In this document: in pieces, positions 17,101 to 26,716 of the stretch | How the letters are laid out: every line of letters begins with the position of its first letter | How positions within the stretch are numbered: the stretch's first letter is position 1 | DNA from: Acidobacteriota bacterium | GTDB taxonomy: Bacteria > Acidobacteriota > Blastocatellia > RBC074 | Assembly (NCBI GenBank): GCA_017991275.1 | Contig: JAGNMH010000001.1 | Coordinates: 1 to 33,700 of the forward strand | DNA: 33,700 nucleotides | Direction: 5' to 3' | The notes under the pieces: model-generated | The model's input: the letters and a program-made list of their open reading frames with translations, nothing else | The model's database searches: none | What the model was told of the DNA's origin: nothing | Made by a program: the position numbers and the translations under genes

Positions 17101-18216
17101 TTAGTTGCCCGGTGGCTTTTCGCCTTGCTTGCGAAGCGTCGGGCGGTCTTTTGTTTCAGGCTCACTGCTTGCGCCGCCGGAACTGGCGTCACTATTTTCG
17201 CCAGGAGCGCCGGGCTGGCGACGTTTCAAAGTCGGGCGCTTGCTGTCGGCTTCAGTAGCACCGCCACGACCGCCTGTCGAACGAGCATTGGTAATAGAGA
17301 TCAAACGATTTTTGACTTGCTGGAATTCTGAAGTATTGATTGTGTACTCGCTGCGCTCAGGGAACCGCGCGATCAGAGAATTCACTTTTTCAATACGATC
17401 GCCAACCACCGGATGCGTGCTGAAAATTTTGTTGATCGTGCCTGGCTTTTTCTTTTCCTGTGCTTGCAGTTTTTCAAAGAAGCTCGCCATTGAACGCGGA
17501 TCGTAACCAGTAGCCCACAGATACTGCACTCCCAACATATCGGCCTCGTATTCGGCATTGCGGCTGAATTTCAGAAAGCCGACAGGGATGAAGATACTGG
17601 CCGCCTGCCGAGCGCCAAAACCTCCCCACCCACCAAGAAAGATCAACGGCAAAGTACTCCAATTGACCAGCTCGCCCTTTGAGGCCTGCTCGACTCCGTG
17701 ACGAGCGGCAACGTGTGCGATTTCGTGAGCCATCGGCCCAGCCAATTCAGATTCGTTATCAGCCGCCAGAATCAATCCTTTATTAACGTAAAAGAACCCG
17801 CCGGGCAAAGCAAAAGCATTGACTTCATCGGCGTCAACCACTTTGATCGTAAAAGGAACTTTTGCATCTGAATGAAGCACCAGATTCTGGCCAACTTTGT
17901 TGATGTATTCGACGATGATCGGGTCTTCAACCAATTTGGCAGAACGATCCACTTCCTGAGCGAACTGGCGGCCAACACCGACTTCCTTGTCTATCGAATA
18001 AAAATTTATTTGGTGTTTGTTGATGTTTCGCTTGCCAATCAGTTCAGGGTTTTCCTGTTCTTCAAGAGGGGCGGTTTTTGCAGCAGCCTGCTTATCAGAT
18101 GAGGTGGATGGTTTCTGGGAATCGTTTTGAGCAAAAGCCGGTGTGGCGAGCAAAAGAAAGCTCAGTGCAATTCCAACCCGCCTGCAACTTGAGAGCGATT
18201 TTTCCGATAAACTCAT
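17101..18216 (-). CDS. Exported M48-family zinc metalloprotease (BepA/YfgC-like catalytic domain) with disordered C-terminal tail
   Basis: HEIAHVAARH (HExxH) and a downstream NAEYEADMLG third-ligand context. It has a signal peptide (IALSFLLLATPAFA) and AAGGAG 8 nt upstream. The tail is Gly/Ser/Pro-rich and contains KRPTLKR and DRPTLRK. Confidence 0.9.
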   Translation of the reverse strand: MSLSEKSLSSCRRVGIALSFLLLATPAFAQNDSQKPSTSSDKQAAAKTAPLEEQENPELIGKRNINKHQINFYSIDKEVGVGRQFAQEVDRSAKLVEDPIIVEYINKVGQNLVLHSDAKVPFTIKVVDADEVNAFALPGGFFYVNKGLILAADNESELAGPMAHEIAHVAARHGVEQASKGELVNWSTLPLIFLGGWGGFGARQAASIFIPVGFLKFSRNAEYEADMLGVQYLWATGYDPRSMASFFEKLQAQEKKKPGTINKIFSTHPVVGDRIEKVNSLIARFPERSEYTINTSEFQQVKNRLISITNARSTGGRGGATEADSKRPTLKRRQPGAPGENSDASSGGASSEPETKDRPTLRKQGEKPPGN

Positions 18217-18520
18217 TTCTAAATCTCCTTACCGAAATCTTTTTGAAATTCAATTGCCTGACTTTTCATTGGCACAGGCAATTCTGTTAATCATAAATAG
18301 ACGAGCAGTCAAAATGGCTGTATTCAACGTATTGGAACTGTTCCACTATGAAGTGATGGCATTATACTCGGCGTTAATAATTCATGCCGCAACTTTGTAA
18401 TTAATCTTCTCTCAGCCCTTTGCGTTAGTTAGCTTTAAGCCGAAAGGCCAGTAGACTATCGGCGATACTTCAAGCCTTCCTTATAGCGTTTTTCATTTGA
18501 GTGCGACCTGTACATTAAGA

Positions 18521-18549
18521 GGTGGAACAGGCTCTGAACCTGTTCCACC
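18521..18549 (-). terminator. Hairpin about 40 nt downstream of the PQQ-like gene pair
   Basis: A perfect 11-bp stem, GGTGGAACAGG (18521-18531) with CCTGTTCCACC (18539-18549), encloses a 7-nt loop. There is no clear U-tract. Confidence 0.5.
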
Positions 18550-18590
18550 AAATCAAGAAGTCGCACGCACCTGCAAATAGCTATAATGGC

Positions 18591-20243
18591 TCAATGCTCC
18601 ATTGGATAGCCGAAAGCGTAAATCGTGCCGTCGTGTGTTGTCAGATAAAGCTGCCCTATCCCGCCCGACAACGCGCCGCCATGCGCAAAAGACGTGATCG
18701 TTGTTCCGCTGTTCCACAACTCTTTGCCAGTTGCGCCATCCAGCGCGTAAAGCACAGCTTTGCCGGAACGAGCAGCCCGCATTGTCGCTGTCACCTTGCT
18801 GTCATTTGTCAGGAACTCACCGCTGGAAGTTGCAAAGACCACGCCGTTGATGGCCGTTGGCGTCAATGGAGAAACCAGATTGCGCGAAGCCCAACCTGGC
18901 GTCAGCGAAAGTTTGCCGTTTGTCTCAACCAGTTTCCAAGCCAAAATTGCGCCTTTGGTCACTGCCGTTCCTGTAAATCCGGCGGGCAATGCACCAATGT
19001 GCGCGGCCAGAACCCAGCGCGTTCCATTGGCGTCCTGGTAACTCGCCAACGAACCCGGCGCTGAGTCTTTGCCCGCCGCCGCTGTCGTCGCAACCGCTGT
19101 CGAAAGATTTGCAACGTCCAGCAAATGTACGCTGCCATCTTTGGTTGCAGCGGCAATCAGCGTTTTGCCGCTGAATTGAAACACCACCGGCGTCGAAGAA
19201 AATTCCTGACCCGCAGCAGTGTATGAACCTTTGACTTCCAGAGTTTTCGGCGCAAGCGCGGTGACGCCCTTTGTCGTGGTGACATAAACCGTGCCGTCTC
19301 CGCCAAAGGCTGCTCCCGCTGAGCCGACGATTTCACCTTTCCAGGTGGCTACCTTTTGAGATTCAAAATCATAGGCGTAAAGGCCATTCGCAACTCCACC
19401 GCAACTTCCTGAAGTTGCGGCGTAGGCTGCGCCGTCAACAATAATCAATCCGCTGGCATTCGCTCCGGGCGGCAGGAATTTGATTGGCTCCTGATACGCC
19501 GCGCCATTCGACAAGTGCATGCCATGCAACATGCCATCGCTGGCAAGCGCGAAAACTACGCTTACGCCGCCAAACCCTGCACCGATGGGAGGAGCGCTTG
19601 GGCGATTTGCGCCACCGGGGCGTTGCTGTTGTTGCGGCGTCGCCGCCTGTGTAGCAGGCGCTGGTCCCGTCGGCCTCGGTGGCAGTGCAGCTAAATTCGC
19701 TGCGCCTGCGCCAGGTTCGCCAACAGTGCTTTTTCCTGGATTGCTGCGACCAGGCCCAGACCCGCCTCCGGCAGCAATCATGGAAGTTGCTGGACGGACG
19801 ACTCCGGTGGTCATTCCGCCGGGACAAGCCAGAGTGCCGGGAGTTGGCGAAGGCGTAACCTTTAACTTTTTCTCCCACTCCATACGGCCTAAGTCAGTGT
19901 CAATCGTAAACAAGTTGTCATCGCTACCAGCGATAAAACCCAACATACGAAAGCCTTTATAACCAATCAGCCTTTCCAGCGTGGCCGGAGGCGTCAGGCT
20001 GTTCAATTGTCGCGGCTGGTTTTTCAGCTTCACTTTCCACAGGAATTGAAAGCTCTTTGGATTGGTCACCGAGTCTTTGTTGATCTTGCCGTCGGTTTTA
20101 ATCGTTGCCGTGCGCTGAGCGTCGGCGTTTTCGGTCATCCAATCATTGTTGCCGCCGCGTTGCGCTTGCGCGGTGACGACGCAGGTAAGACAGAAAATCC
20201 CGGACAAAATTCCAGACGAAATTATTGTTTTCATTCGCTTCAT
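18591..20243 (-). CDS. Secreted PQQ-like (BamB/quinoprotein-type) beta-propeller repeat protein with Pro/Ala/Gly/Gln-rich insertion
   Basis: Signal peptide, and propeller repeat signatures such as NLFTIDTDLGRMEWEKKL and AVLYALDGATGKELWNSG...DGTIYAFG. It is a paralog of the upstream gene. Its start abuts the upstream stop (TAAATG). Confidence 0.85.
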   Translation of the reverse strand: MKRMKTIISSGILSGIFCLTCVVTAQAQRGGNNDWMTENADAQRTATIKTDGKINKDSVTNPKSFQFLWKVKLKNQPRQLNSLTPPATLERLIGYKGFRMLGFIAGSDDNLFTIDTDLGRMEWEKKLKVTPSPTPGTLACPGGMTTGVVRPATSMIAAGGGSGPGRSNPGKSTVGEPGAGAANLAALPPRPTGPAPATQAATPQQQQRPGGANRPSAPPIGAGFGGVSVVFALASDGMLHGMHLSNGAAYQEPIKFLPPGANASGLIIVDGAAYAATSGSCGGVANGLYAYDFESQKVATWKGEIVGSAGAAFGGDGTVYVTTTKGVTALAPKTLEVKGSYTAAGQEFSSTPVVFQFSGKTLIAAATKDGSVHLLDVANLSTAVATTAAAGKDSAPGSLASYQDANGTRWVLAAHIGALPAGFTGTAVTKGAILAWKLVETNGKLSLTPGWASRNLVSPLTPTAINGVVFATSSGEFLTNDSKVTATMRAARSGKAVLYALDGATGKELWNSGTTITSFAHGGALSGGIGQLYLTTHDGTIYAFGYPMEH

Positions 20244-21890
20244 TTATTTGGCTCCTTTCGACGCCGACTGCGCCGCTCCGTTCGCAATTCCAAAGCAATA
20301 CTGATAGCCATCAAAAGTGCTGATGTAGACGCGACCATTGGCGACAGACAACCCACTCCAATGATTCCACGAAGCGATGGCGTCGCCGCTGCTCCAAAGC
20401 TCTTTGCCGGTTTGCGCGTCCAACGCGTACAGCACGGCTTTGGTGGAATTTTTAATACGGTTTTCCTGACGGTTATAAGATAACCCTATGTCGAACGCGG
20501 CCTGATCGGTGTCTTCGCCGCTGCCATAACTAAAGACAACGCCATTAGCGATGATCGGCGGTTCGCCGCGATCCATATCGCGCGAAATCCACGCCGGTGT
20601 CAGCGTAGGTTTGCCCGCTTTGTCATCAGTGACTTTGAAAGCCACGACGCCGCCTTTTTTGACAACGCCGTTTTCAATCGGAGCTTTGAATTTGGAATGC
20701 TTCGGCCCCCAGAACGGCGACAAAACCCAGCGCGTGCCTTTGCTGTCTTCCCACGTCGCCAGCGATCCCCAGACGCCCGCCGAAGCGAAATTGACTTCTT
20801 CGTTGCAATACAGCGGCGTACGATGCAGCGGCGTGCGATGATCGTCGCCGCCGATGGAATCCAAATCCATCAGATACATCACGCATTCCTTGCCAGCATC
20901 CACCATCAATTCTTGGCCTTTGTATTTGAAGATTGAAGCGGTGACCTGCATATCCAAATCGCGTTTCCACAACCATTCGGCGTTTGAGGGGCCGTAATAA
21001 TCCACCAACTTTCCGGCTTTGGTCACGGGGTCTTGAGCAACGCCGATAATGCCGTTGCCGTAAATACCATTTTCAGGATTCCACGGGCCGTCACCTGTTC
21101 CGGTGTACATCACGCCTTTCGAGCTGATTGCGCCGCCAGTGCGTCCCCACATTCCGCCGCCTGCAGGCCCCCAGGCTCCAACGCGATCCGTGGCCAGATC
21201 GTAAATGTAAACCATGTTCGGGTTGCCGCCGCAGCCTTGCGCTGTGTGAACGTAAATCGCGTTCTTGTACATGTTCAGCGCGTAAGGTTTGCCGTTCGGC
21301 GGCATGAATTTCGAGGCTGGGGCTATTTCTTTGCCGGTCGCCAAATCCACCCGGCGCAATCGCCCATCCCACGAAGCCGCATACACGATATATTCGCCCG
21401 CCGCTTTGCCAGGCGCGATGATTGGTGTTGCGGTGATGCCTCCTGGGCACAAAATTCCTGCGCCTCGCCCACCTGAGGCTGGCGGCGTCCAGTCGCTTTC
21501 AAAATGCAGCTTCCAAAGCAGCGCACCTGATTCGGCATCCAACGCATAAAGATTGTCCGTTACGCCCGTCACCAAAACGACCTGTTTCAATCCGTTCAAA
21601 GTTTTGACATTGCTGGCAATCAGAGCTGGCAGCAAGTTGTGCATCTGGCGCGGTTCATTGTCGAGCTTTGTTTTCCACAGCAGCTTCATGTTTTTGACGC
21701 TGGTGGGTGAAAGAATGTGTTCGTTCTTTTGCCAGCCGGTGCGTTCAACGTCGCCGCCGTCCATCAGCCATTCTGCTGGCCGGTCAGCCGGTTTGCCGCT
21801 TTGCGCCTGTGGGTTCAGGCTCAAATCAGCCAAACAGGCCAACAACAAAAGAGCGAGTCCGAAAACTCTAAAACTTATTCGATATTCCAC
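20244..21890 (-). CDS. Secreted PQQ-like beta-propeller repeat protein
   Basis: GTG start at 21890 with AAGGAG 8 nt upstream, and a signal peptide ([18 protein letters not shown]). Repeat signatures include [18 protein letters not shown] and [18 protein letters not shown]...DGYQYCFG. Confidence 0.88.
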   Translation of the reverse strand: MEYRISFRVFGLALLLLACLADLSLNPQAQSGKPADRPAEWLMDGGDVERTGWQKNEHILSPTSVKNMKLLWKTKLDNEPRQMHNLLPALIASNVKTLNGLKQVVLVTGVTDNLYALDAESGALLWKLHFESDWTPPASGGRGAGILCPGGITATPIIAPGKAAGEYIVYAASWDGRLRRVDLATGKEIAPASKFMPPNGKPYALNMYKNAIYVHTAQGCGGNPNMVYIYDLATDRVGAWGPAGGGMWGRTGGAISSKGVMYTGTGDGPWNPENGIYGNGIIGVAQDPVTKAGKLVDYYGPSNAEWLWKRDLDMQVTASIFKYKGQELMVDAGKECVMYLMDLDSIGGDDHRTPLHRTPLYCNEEVNFASAGVWGSLATWEDSKGTRWVLSPFWGPKHSKFKAPIENGVVKKGGVVAFKVTDDKAGKPTLTPAWISRDMDRGEPPIIANGVVFSYGSGEDTDQAAFDIGLSYNRQENRIKNSTKAVLYALDAQTGKELWSSGDAIASWNHWSGLSVANGRVYISTFDGYQYCFGIANGAAQSASKGAK

Positions 21891-21968
21891 GGGTAAGACT
21901 CCTTATTGTGAACAGGTATTTTTTTTAGGGAAAGCCAGGACTTCTCACTTCGTCGGACTGGGTTTCGA

Positions 21969-23417
21969 TCATGCCAACAATTTGTCCACGACCATTCCAT
22001 GCACATCCGTCAGGCGAAAATCACGGCCTTGATAACGATAAGTCAGTTTCGTGTGATCGAAACCCAACAGTTGTAACAAGGTCGCGTGCAGGTCATGCAC
22101 GTGAACAGGGTCTTCGGCAACGTTGAAACCGAACTCGTCGGACTTGCCTAACGTCAAGCCAGGTTTGAAACCTCCGCCGGCTACGAACAGCGAGAAAGCT
22201 TTATTGTGGTGGTCACGTCCCAGGCTGCGATTGGCGTCGGGGTCAGATTCGACCATTGGCGTCCGTCCAAATTCCCCGCCCCAAATGATTATGGTGTCGT
22301 CCAACAATCCGCGTTGCTTCAAATCCAGGATCAACGCCGTTGTCGCCCGATCAATCAGCTTCATTTGTTTGCGCACCCCCTTTACCACTTCGGAATGATG
22401 ATCCCAGGCCTCGTGGTTAAGTTGGACGAAACGCACTCCGCGTTCGATCAAACGACGCGCCAGCAAACAGTTGTTGGCATAAGATGCCTTGCCTTCTTCA
22501 GCGCCATAAAGCTCCAGAGTCTCTTCCGATTCCTTTGAAAAATCCATTAACTCCGGCCCGCTTTCCTGCATACGAAAAGCCATTTCAAAGGCGTTGATGC
22601 GCGTGGCGGTCTCAGCATCACCGGTTACGCCCAGGTGCTCTTCGTTTAATTGTTTCAGTGTATCCAATGAACGGCGTTGCATATCGCGCGTTATGCCTCG
22701 CGGATTCTTCAACGACAAAATAGGCGGGCCAGTGCGTTGAAACGGCACTCCCTGATAAAGCGTGGGCAGAAAACCCGCCCCCCAATTGGCTGAGCCGCCG
22801 CTGGTTCCGCCGCCCGACGAAAGCACGACATAAGCTGGCAGATTTTCGGTCTCGCTTCCTAATCCATACGTCACCCACGAACCAAAGCTGGGACGCCCGA
22901 ACTGAATCGAACCGGTTTGCATAAATACCTGCCCTGGTGCGTGGTTGATCGCGTCGGTCATCATCGAACGAATGATGGTAATGTCGTCGGCAACTTTTGG
23001 CAGATGCGTCCAGGCGTCGGAAAGCTCTGCGCCGGATTTCCCGTGTTTGGCGAATTTGAACTCCGAGGCATAAAGCCCTGCATCCGGGCGAATGAAGGCG
23101 TAGTTTATGCCTTTGGTAAATTCCTTAGGCACTGGCTGGCCGTTGTACTTCGCCAGACTGGGTTTGTAATCGAACAGGTCAAGTTGCGACGGGCCGCCAG
23201 AATGAAACAGGTAAATTACACGCTTGGCCTTTGCCGCAAAGTGGGGACGTTTCGGAGCCAATGGGTTATTCGATTGCGGGTTGCCATCGGCAATCGCCTT
23301 ATTATTCAGCAAAGATACCAAGGCCATTGACCCAAGTCCGACGCCGCATTCTTTGAAAAACCATCGCCGTGAATAATGTTTTTGTAGCTCTCGTCCAATC
23401 TCTTCGTTGTAATTCAT
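21969..23417 (-). CDS. TAT-exported DUF1501-family protein (alkaline-phosphatase/sulfatase-like fold)
   Basis: Twin-arginine signal [18 protein letters not shown]. Family-typical motifs are [26 protein letters not shown] and GRDHH. I chose the ATG at 23417, preceded by AGGAGAG. The ORF-track start at 23435 is a TTG. Confidence 0.9.
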   Translation of the reverse strand: MNYNEEIGRELQKHYSRRWFFKECGVGLGSMALVSLLNNKAIADGNPQSNNPLAPKRPHFAAKAKRVIYLFHSGGPSQLDLFDYKPSLAKYNGQPVPKEFTKGINYAFIRPDAGLYASEFKFAKHGKSGAELSDAWTHLPKVADDITIIRSMMTDAINHAPGQVFMQTGSIQFGRPSFGSWVTYGLGSETENLPAYVVLSSGGGTSGGSANWGAGFLPTLYQGVPFQRTGPPILSLKNPRGITRDMQRRSLDTLKQLNEEHLGVTGDAETATRINAFEMAFRMQESGPELMDFSKESEETLELYGAEEGKASYANNCLLARRLIERGVRFVQLNHEAWDHHSEVVKGVRKQMKLIDRATTALILDLKQRGLLDDTIIIWGGEFGRTPMVESDPDANRSLGRDHHNKAFSLFVAGGGFKPGLTLGKSDEFGFNVAEDPVHVHDLHATLLQLLGFDHTKLTYRYQGRDFRLTDVHGMVVDKLLA

Positions 23418-23469
23418 CGTCAACTCTCCTATCAAAATTGCCTTTAATCCGTAACCAAAGCGTCTGCAA

Positions 23470-26400
23470 TTATTCCTTCGTCAGCGTTTCATCCAGATTC
23501 AACAAAACACGAGCGACCATCGCCCAAGGCGCGATTTTTTGCAGATCAATGTCTTCCGGCAGCTCGCTCAAATCCGAACTGGAAACGTAAACTGCCGCCG
23601 CTGTGCGCCCCTTGAAGATTGGTCGCTGATCGGCCAGCAACTTCATCAATGCCTTTAATTCGGATTTGGTAGGTTTACGCCCTGTGCATAGACGAAAACC
23701 GTAAATCATCTTTTCTTTATCGCTTGAGCCGCCTTCTTTCCACATACGCAAACCTAATCCCTGCGCAAATTCGACAAATGTCTGGTCATTGAGAGTGGTC
23801 AGCGCCTGAAGCGGAGTGTTTGAACGTAACCGCCGAGTACAGGAAAAATCACCAATGGGTTGATCAAAAACCAGCATCGAAGGATAAGGCACGTTGCGTT
23901 TCCAGAATGTGTACATCCCGCGACGATAACGGTCTTCGCCCTTGCTGGTAGGCCATGGCATGGCGCTGCCATAGCCAAGACTAAGCACTCCATCTGGAAT
24001 TGGCGGATACACGCTTGGGCCGCCAATTTTGTGGCTAAGCAATCCACTGACTGCCAGCGCGATGTCGCGTATGGTTTCGGATTCCACGCGCAGGCGAGGC
24101 GCGCGAGCCAATAATGAATTAGTGGGGTCTTTTTCCTTCAACTGCGGAGTGACATTTGACGATTGCCGATAAACAGCAGAATTCGCAATCAGCCGATGCA
24201 AATGTTTGAAGCTGCCTCCGCTGTCCATAAATTCCACAGCCAGCCAATCCAGCAGCTTCAAATTCGGAGGTTCGTCACAGCGCATGCCGAAATCTTCGGG
24301 CGTCGAAACCAGGCCTTCGCCGAAATACTGTTGCCACACTCGATTGACTATGACTCGCGCTGTCAGCGGATTCTTTCTGTCAGTGATCCATTGCGCCAAG
24401 CCCAGCCGATTGAGCGGCGCGTCATTCGGAAAAGGGTGCATCAACGCCGGTGTACCGGGGGTCACAGATTCGCCAGGGCGTTTCCAGTCTCCACGACGAA
24501 ATAAATTGGTTTCGCGCGGCCATTGGCGCTGAGCCAGCGTCAATGTCGTCGTTCCGTAAGGCCAATCGCTCAACAAGTCATCAATCTTTTTGTTGGTATC
24601 GCCCCAATCGGCAACTGTCGTGCGATAAAAACTGAAGACTTCGTGTTGCTGCTGCTCTGTTCGTTCGGCAACCGGGATTGCCAAAATGCTGCGCACGTTG
24701 GAAGGCAGCGGGTCGGCATACGGGTTGGCCGCCGTTGTCACAGACAAACGGAAACGCCCAATGTTTGGCTGCGGCGTACGAATCTCTTCGTTGAATCTTT
24801 GAATCAACTGGAATGACAGAGTCGTTCCTCCGTCAACACCGACAGGTTGCGCAGCAGCAAAGACCATCTTGCGATCCTGGTTACGGCTGACTGGGCCGGC
24901 ATCGCTGAACCAGTGAGTTTTCTGGTTGCCATCAATTACATTTTTAATCGGAAAATCCGAGCGTTCATAATCAACCGTCGGATTTTGCAGAGTGATACGT
25001 GTCTGTTTTTCAGGCGCAGAAGCCGGCGCAGCGTCAATCATCAATTCTGAAACGTAAAACTTGCCATCAAAATCCCGCCCCGGCCCGGTGCGTGGCAGGT
25101 TAGGGCTGGTCAGAAATTCCACTCGGAAACCTGTAATGTTTTTAAGCGTAGTGCGCGCTTTGATTTGATAATTGTTCCCGGTCGCATTGTCTCCGCGCGC
25201 CAGAAAAGAACCATCGGGCAACTTCTCAAACTTGACTCCGTAAATGGCGTGGATATCCGTATCCATCAACGGCGCCCACTGGCTTTCGTCGTAAGCCATC
25301 TTCTTTTCCCACTCGGCGATCCGGTCTTTTAAGTCAGGCGTGGCAGCGACCAATTCATTTTCCAGCTTGGAGATGTCTGCTTGGATAAGTTGACGTTTGG
25401 TTGTGATTTTTGCGTCGGGGACTTCCATTTCCGGTTCGTCATCGGAATTCAGGAAGGCGTAAAACTGGTAATACTCTGTTTGCTTGATTGGGTCGAATTT
25501 GTGGTTGTGGCATTGCGCGCATTTAATTGTCAGTCCCAAAAACGCATTGCCTATGGCGTCCACGCGGTCAATCAACCCTTCGACACGGAACTGTTCAGGA
25601 TCAACTCCACCTTCCTGATTGAGCATTGAATTGCGCAAAAAACCTGTGGCGACCCGCTGTTGTAAAGTTGAATGAGGGAGCAAGTCCCCGGCCAGTTGTT
25701 CAATTGTGAACTTATCGAATTTCTTGTCTTCGTTGAAGGCTTTGATCACCCAGTCACGATAAGACCAGATTGAACGCGGCAGGTCTTTTTCAAATCCATT
25801 GGTGTCGGCATAACGCGCAGCGTCCAACCACCAACGCCCCCAGCGTTCGCCGTAATGCTTGCTTGCCAGCAGCCTGTCAATCTGCTTTTCCCAGGCATCG
25901 GGCGAATTGTCAGCCAGAAACTCGTCAATCTCTTTTAGCGTAGGTGGCAAGCCGGTCAAATCCAGGCTCAGGCGGCGAAGCAATGCTTCTTTTGAAGCTT
26001 CGGGCGAAGTGGTCAAACCGCGTTTTTCGATTTCCGTCAGTATGAAGCGATCTATGGGCGTCCGCGACCAGGTCGTATTTTTCACTTCAGGTAAAGCCGG
26101 GCGAACCGGCGCGACAAAAGCCCAGTGCTGCGGAGCTTCGTTCGCCCCGTTGCCTTGTGCAGTCTCGTCCGACCATGCGGCCCCTTCATCAATCCAGCGT
26201 TTGATCAGCGCGACTTGCTCCGATGTCAGCGCAGTTCCGCCCAGCGGCATGCGCTGCTCACCACCCTCCCCAAGAATACGATGAATCAGGCGCGAATCTT
26301 TGCTTGAGCCAGGCTTAATGACCGCACCGGAAAGCCCCCCCTTCATCGCCAACGCCTTTACATCAAGTTTCAACTGGCCAGAGGCTTTGGCTCCGCCGTG

Positions 26401-26556
26401 GCATTTGTAACAACTCGCAGCAAAGATGGGTTGAATATCACGAGCAAAGTCCACCTTTGCCTGTGACCAGAAAGAACGAGCAGATATCCCTGCCAAGGGT
26501 AGCAACAACACACTACAAGCAAGCAGGAGCAGAATTTTTAGCAAACGCGGCTTCAT
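23470..26556 (-). CDS. Exported multidomain protein: cytochrome c (PSCyt1-like) + DUF1549 (PSCyt2) + beta-sandwich insert + DUF1553 (PSD1)
   Basis: Signal peptide and an N-terminal heme motif CYKCH (26398-26412). A DUF1549-like block reads LDLTGLPPT...[24 protein letters not shown] second CxxCH, CAQCH, lies at 25507-25521. There is a central discoidin-like [14 protein letters not shown] segment, and the C-terminal part is DUF1553-like ([18 protein letters not shown]...). Confidence 0.9.
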   Translation of the reverse strand: MKPRLLKILLLLACSVLLLPLAGISARSFWSQAKVDFARDIQPIFAASCYKCHGGAKASGQLKLDVKALAMKGGLSGAVIKPGSSKDSRLIHRILGEGGEQRMPLGGTALTSEQVALIKRWIDEGAAWSDETAQGNGANEAPQHWAFVAPVRPALPEVKNTTWSRTPIDRFILTEIEKRGLTTSPEASKEALLRRLSLDLTGLPPTLKEIDEFLADNSPDAWEKQIDRLLASKHYGERWGRWWLDAARYADTNGFEKDLPRSIWSYRDWVIKAFNEDKKFDKFTIEQLAGDLLPHSTLQQRVATGFLRNSMLNQEGGVDPEQFRVEGLIDRVDAIGNAFLGLTIKCAQCHNHKFDPIKQTEYYQFYAFLNSDDEPEMEVPDAKITTKRQLIQADISKLENELVAATPDLKDRIAEWEKKMAYDESQWAPLMDTDIHAIYGVKFEKLPDGSFLARGDNATGNNYQIKARTTLKNITGFRVEFLTSPNLPRTGPGRDFDGKFYVSELMIDAAPASAPEKQTRITLQNPTVDYERSDFPIKNVIDGNQKTHWFSDAGPVSRNQDRKMVFAAAQPVGVDGGTTLSFQLIQRFNEEIRTPQPNIGRFRLSVTTAANPYADPLPSNVRSILAIPVAERTEQQQHEVFSFYRTTVADWGDTNKKIDDLLSDWPYGTTTLTLAQRQWPRETNLFRRGDWKRPGESVTPGTPALMHPFPNDAPLNRLGLAQWITDRKNPLTARVIVNRVWQQYFGEGLVSTPEDFGMRCDEPPNLKLLDWLAVEFMDSGGSFKHLHRLIANSAVYRQSSNVTPQLKEKDPTNSLLARAPRLRVESETIRDIALAVSGLLSHKIGGPSVYPPIPDGVLSLGYGSAMPWPTSKGEDRYRRGMYTFWKRNVPYPSMLVFDQPIGDFSCTRRLRSNTPLQALTTLNDQTFVEFAQGLGLRMWKEGGSSDKEKMIYGFRLCTGRKPTKSELKALMKLLADQRPIFKGRTAAAVYVSSSDLSELPEDIDLQKIAPWAMVARVLLNLDETLTKE

Positions 26557-26562
26557 ATTATT

Positions 26563-26638
26563 CAGACTCTATTTGGCCAGACAGACCCCATTTGGCCAGA
26601 CAGACTCTATTTGGCCAGACAGACCCTATTTGGATTGG
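26563..26638 (-). repeat. Tandem direct repeat, 19-nt unit x4, immediately upstream of the PSCyt gene start codon
   Basis: The plus-strand units are CAGACTCTATTTGGCCAGA (26563-26581), CAGACCCCATTTGGCCAGA (26582-26600), CAGACTCTATTTGGCCAGA (26601-26619) and the degenerate CAGACCCTATTTGGATTGG (26620-26638). The array ends 6 nt from the ATG at 26556. Confidence 0.9.
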
Positions 26639-26665
26639 AATTGTTGTTCGTTGTAATCGCAGAAA

Positions 26666-26716
26666 ATTGCGGGCGAATAATTGCATAAGTAATTCGATTT
26701 CACCATTCGCCGCAAT
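26666..26716 (-). terminator. Hairpin starting at the NHL gene stop codon (terminator candidate)
   Basis: ATTGCGGGCGAAT (26666-26678) pairs with ATTCGCCGCAAT (26705-26716), with one bulged base. On the minus strand the stem is followed by TTTTCTGCG. Confidence 0.5.

Noticed and set aside
18270-18286. TTGGCAC sequence resembling the -24 element of a sigma54 promoter
   Set aside because: The -12 position reads TC rather than the GC of TTGC. The element points toward no plus-strand gene.
18143-18400. 85-aa plus-strand ORF, including a 28-aa hydrophobic peptide MAVFNVLELFHYEVMALYSALIIHAATL, in the AT-rich gap
   Set aside because: The 5-prime part is antisense to the M48 gene start. There is no RBS before either ATG, and AT-rich DNA readily yields short spurious ORFs.
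26563-26638. Possibility that the 19-nt tandem repeat is a degenerate CRISPR array or a coding repeat
   Set aside because: The units are directly adjacent with no spacers. The unit length is not a multiple of three, the region lies outside any supported ORF, and no cas genes are present.
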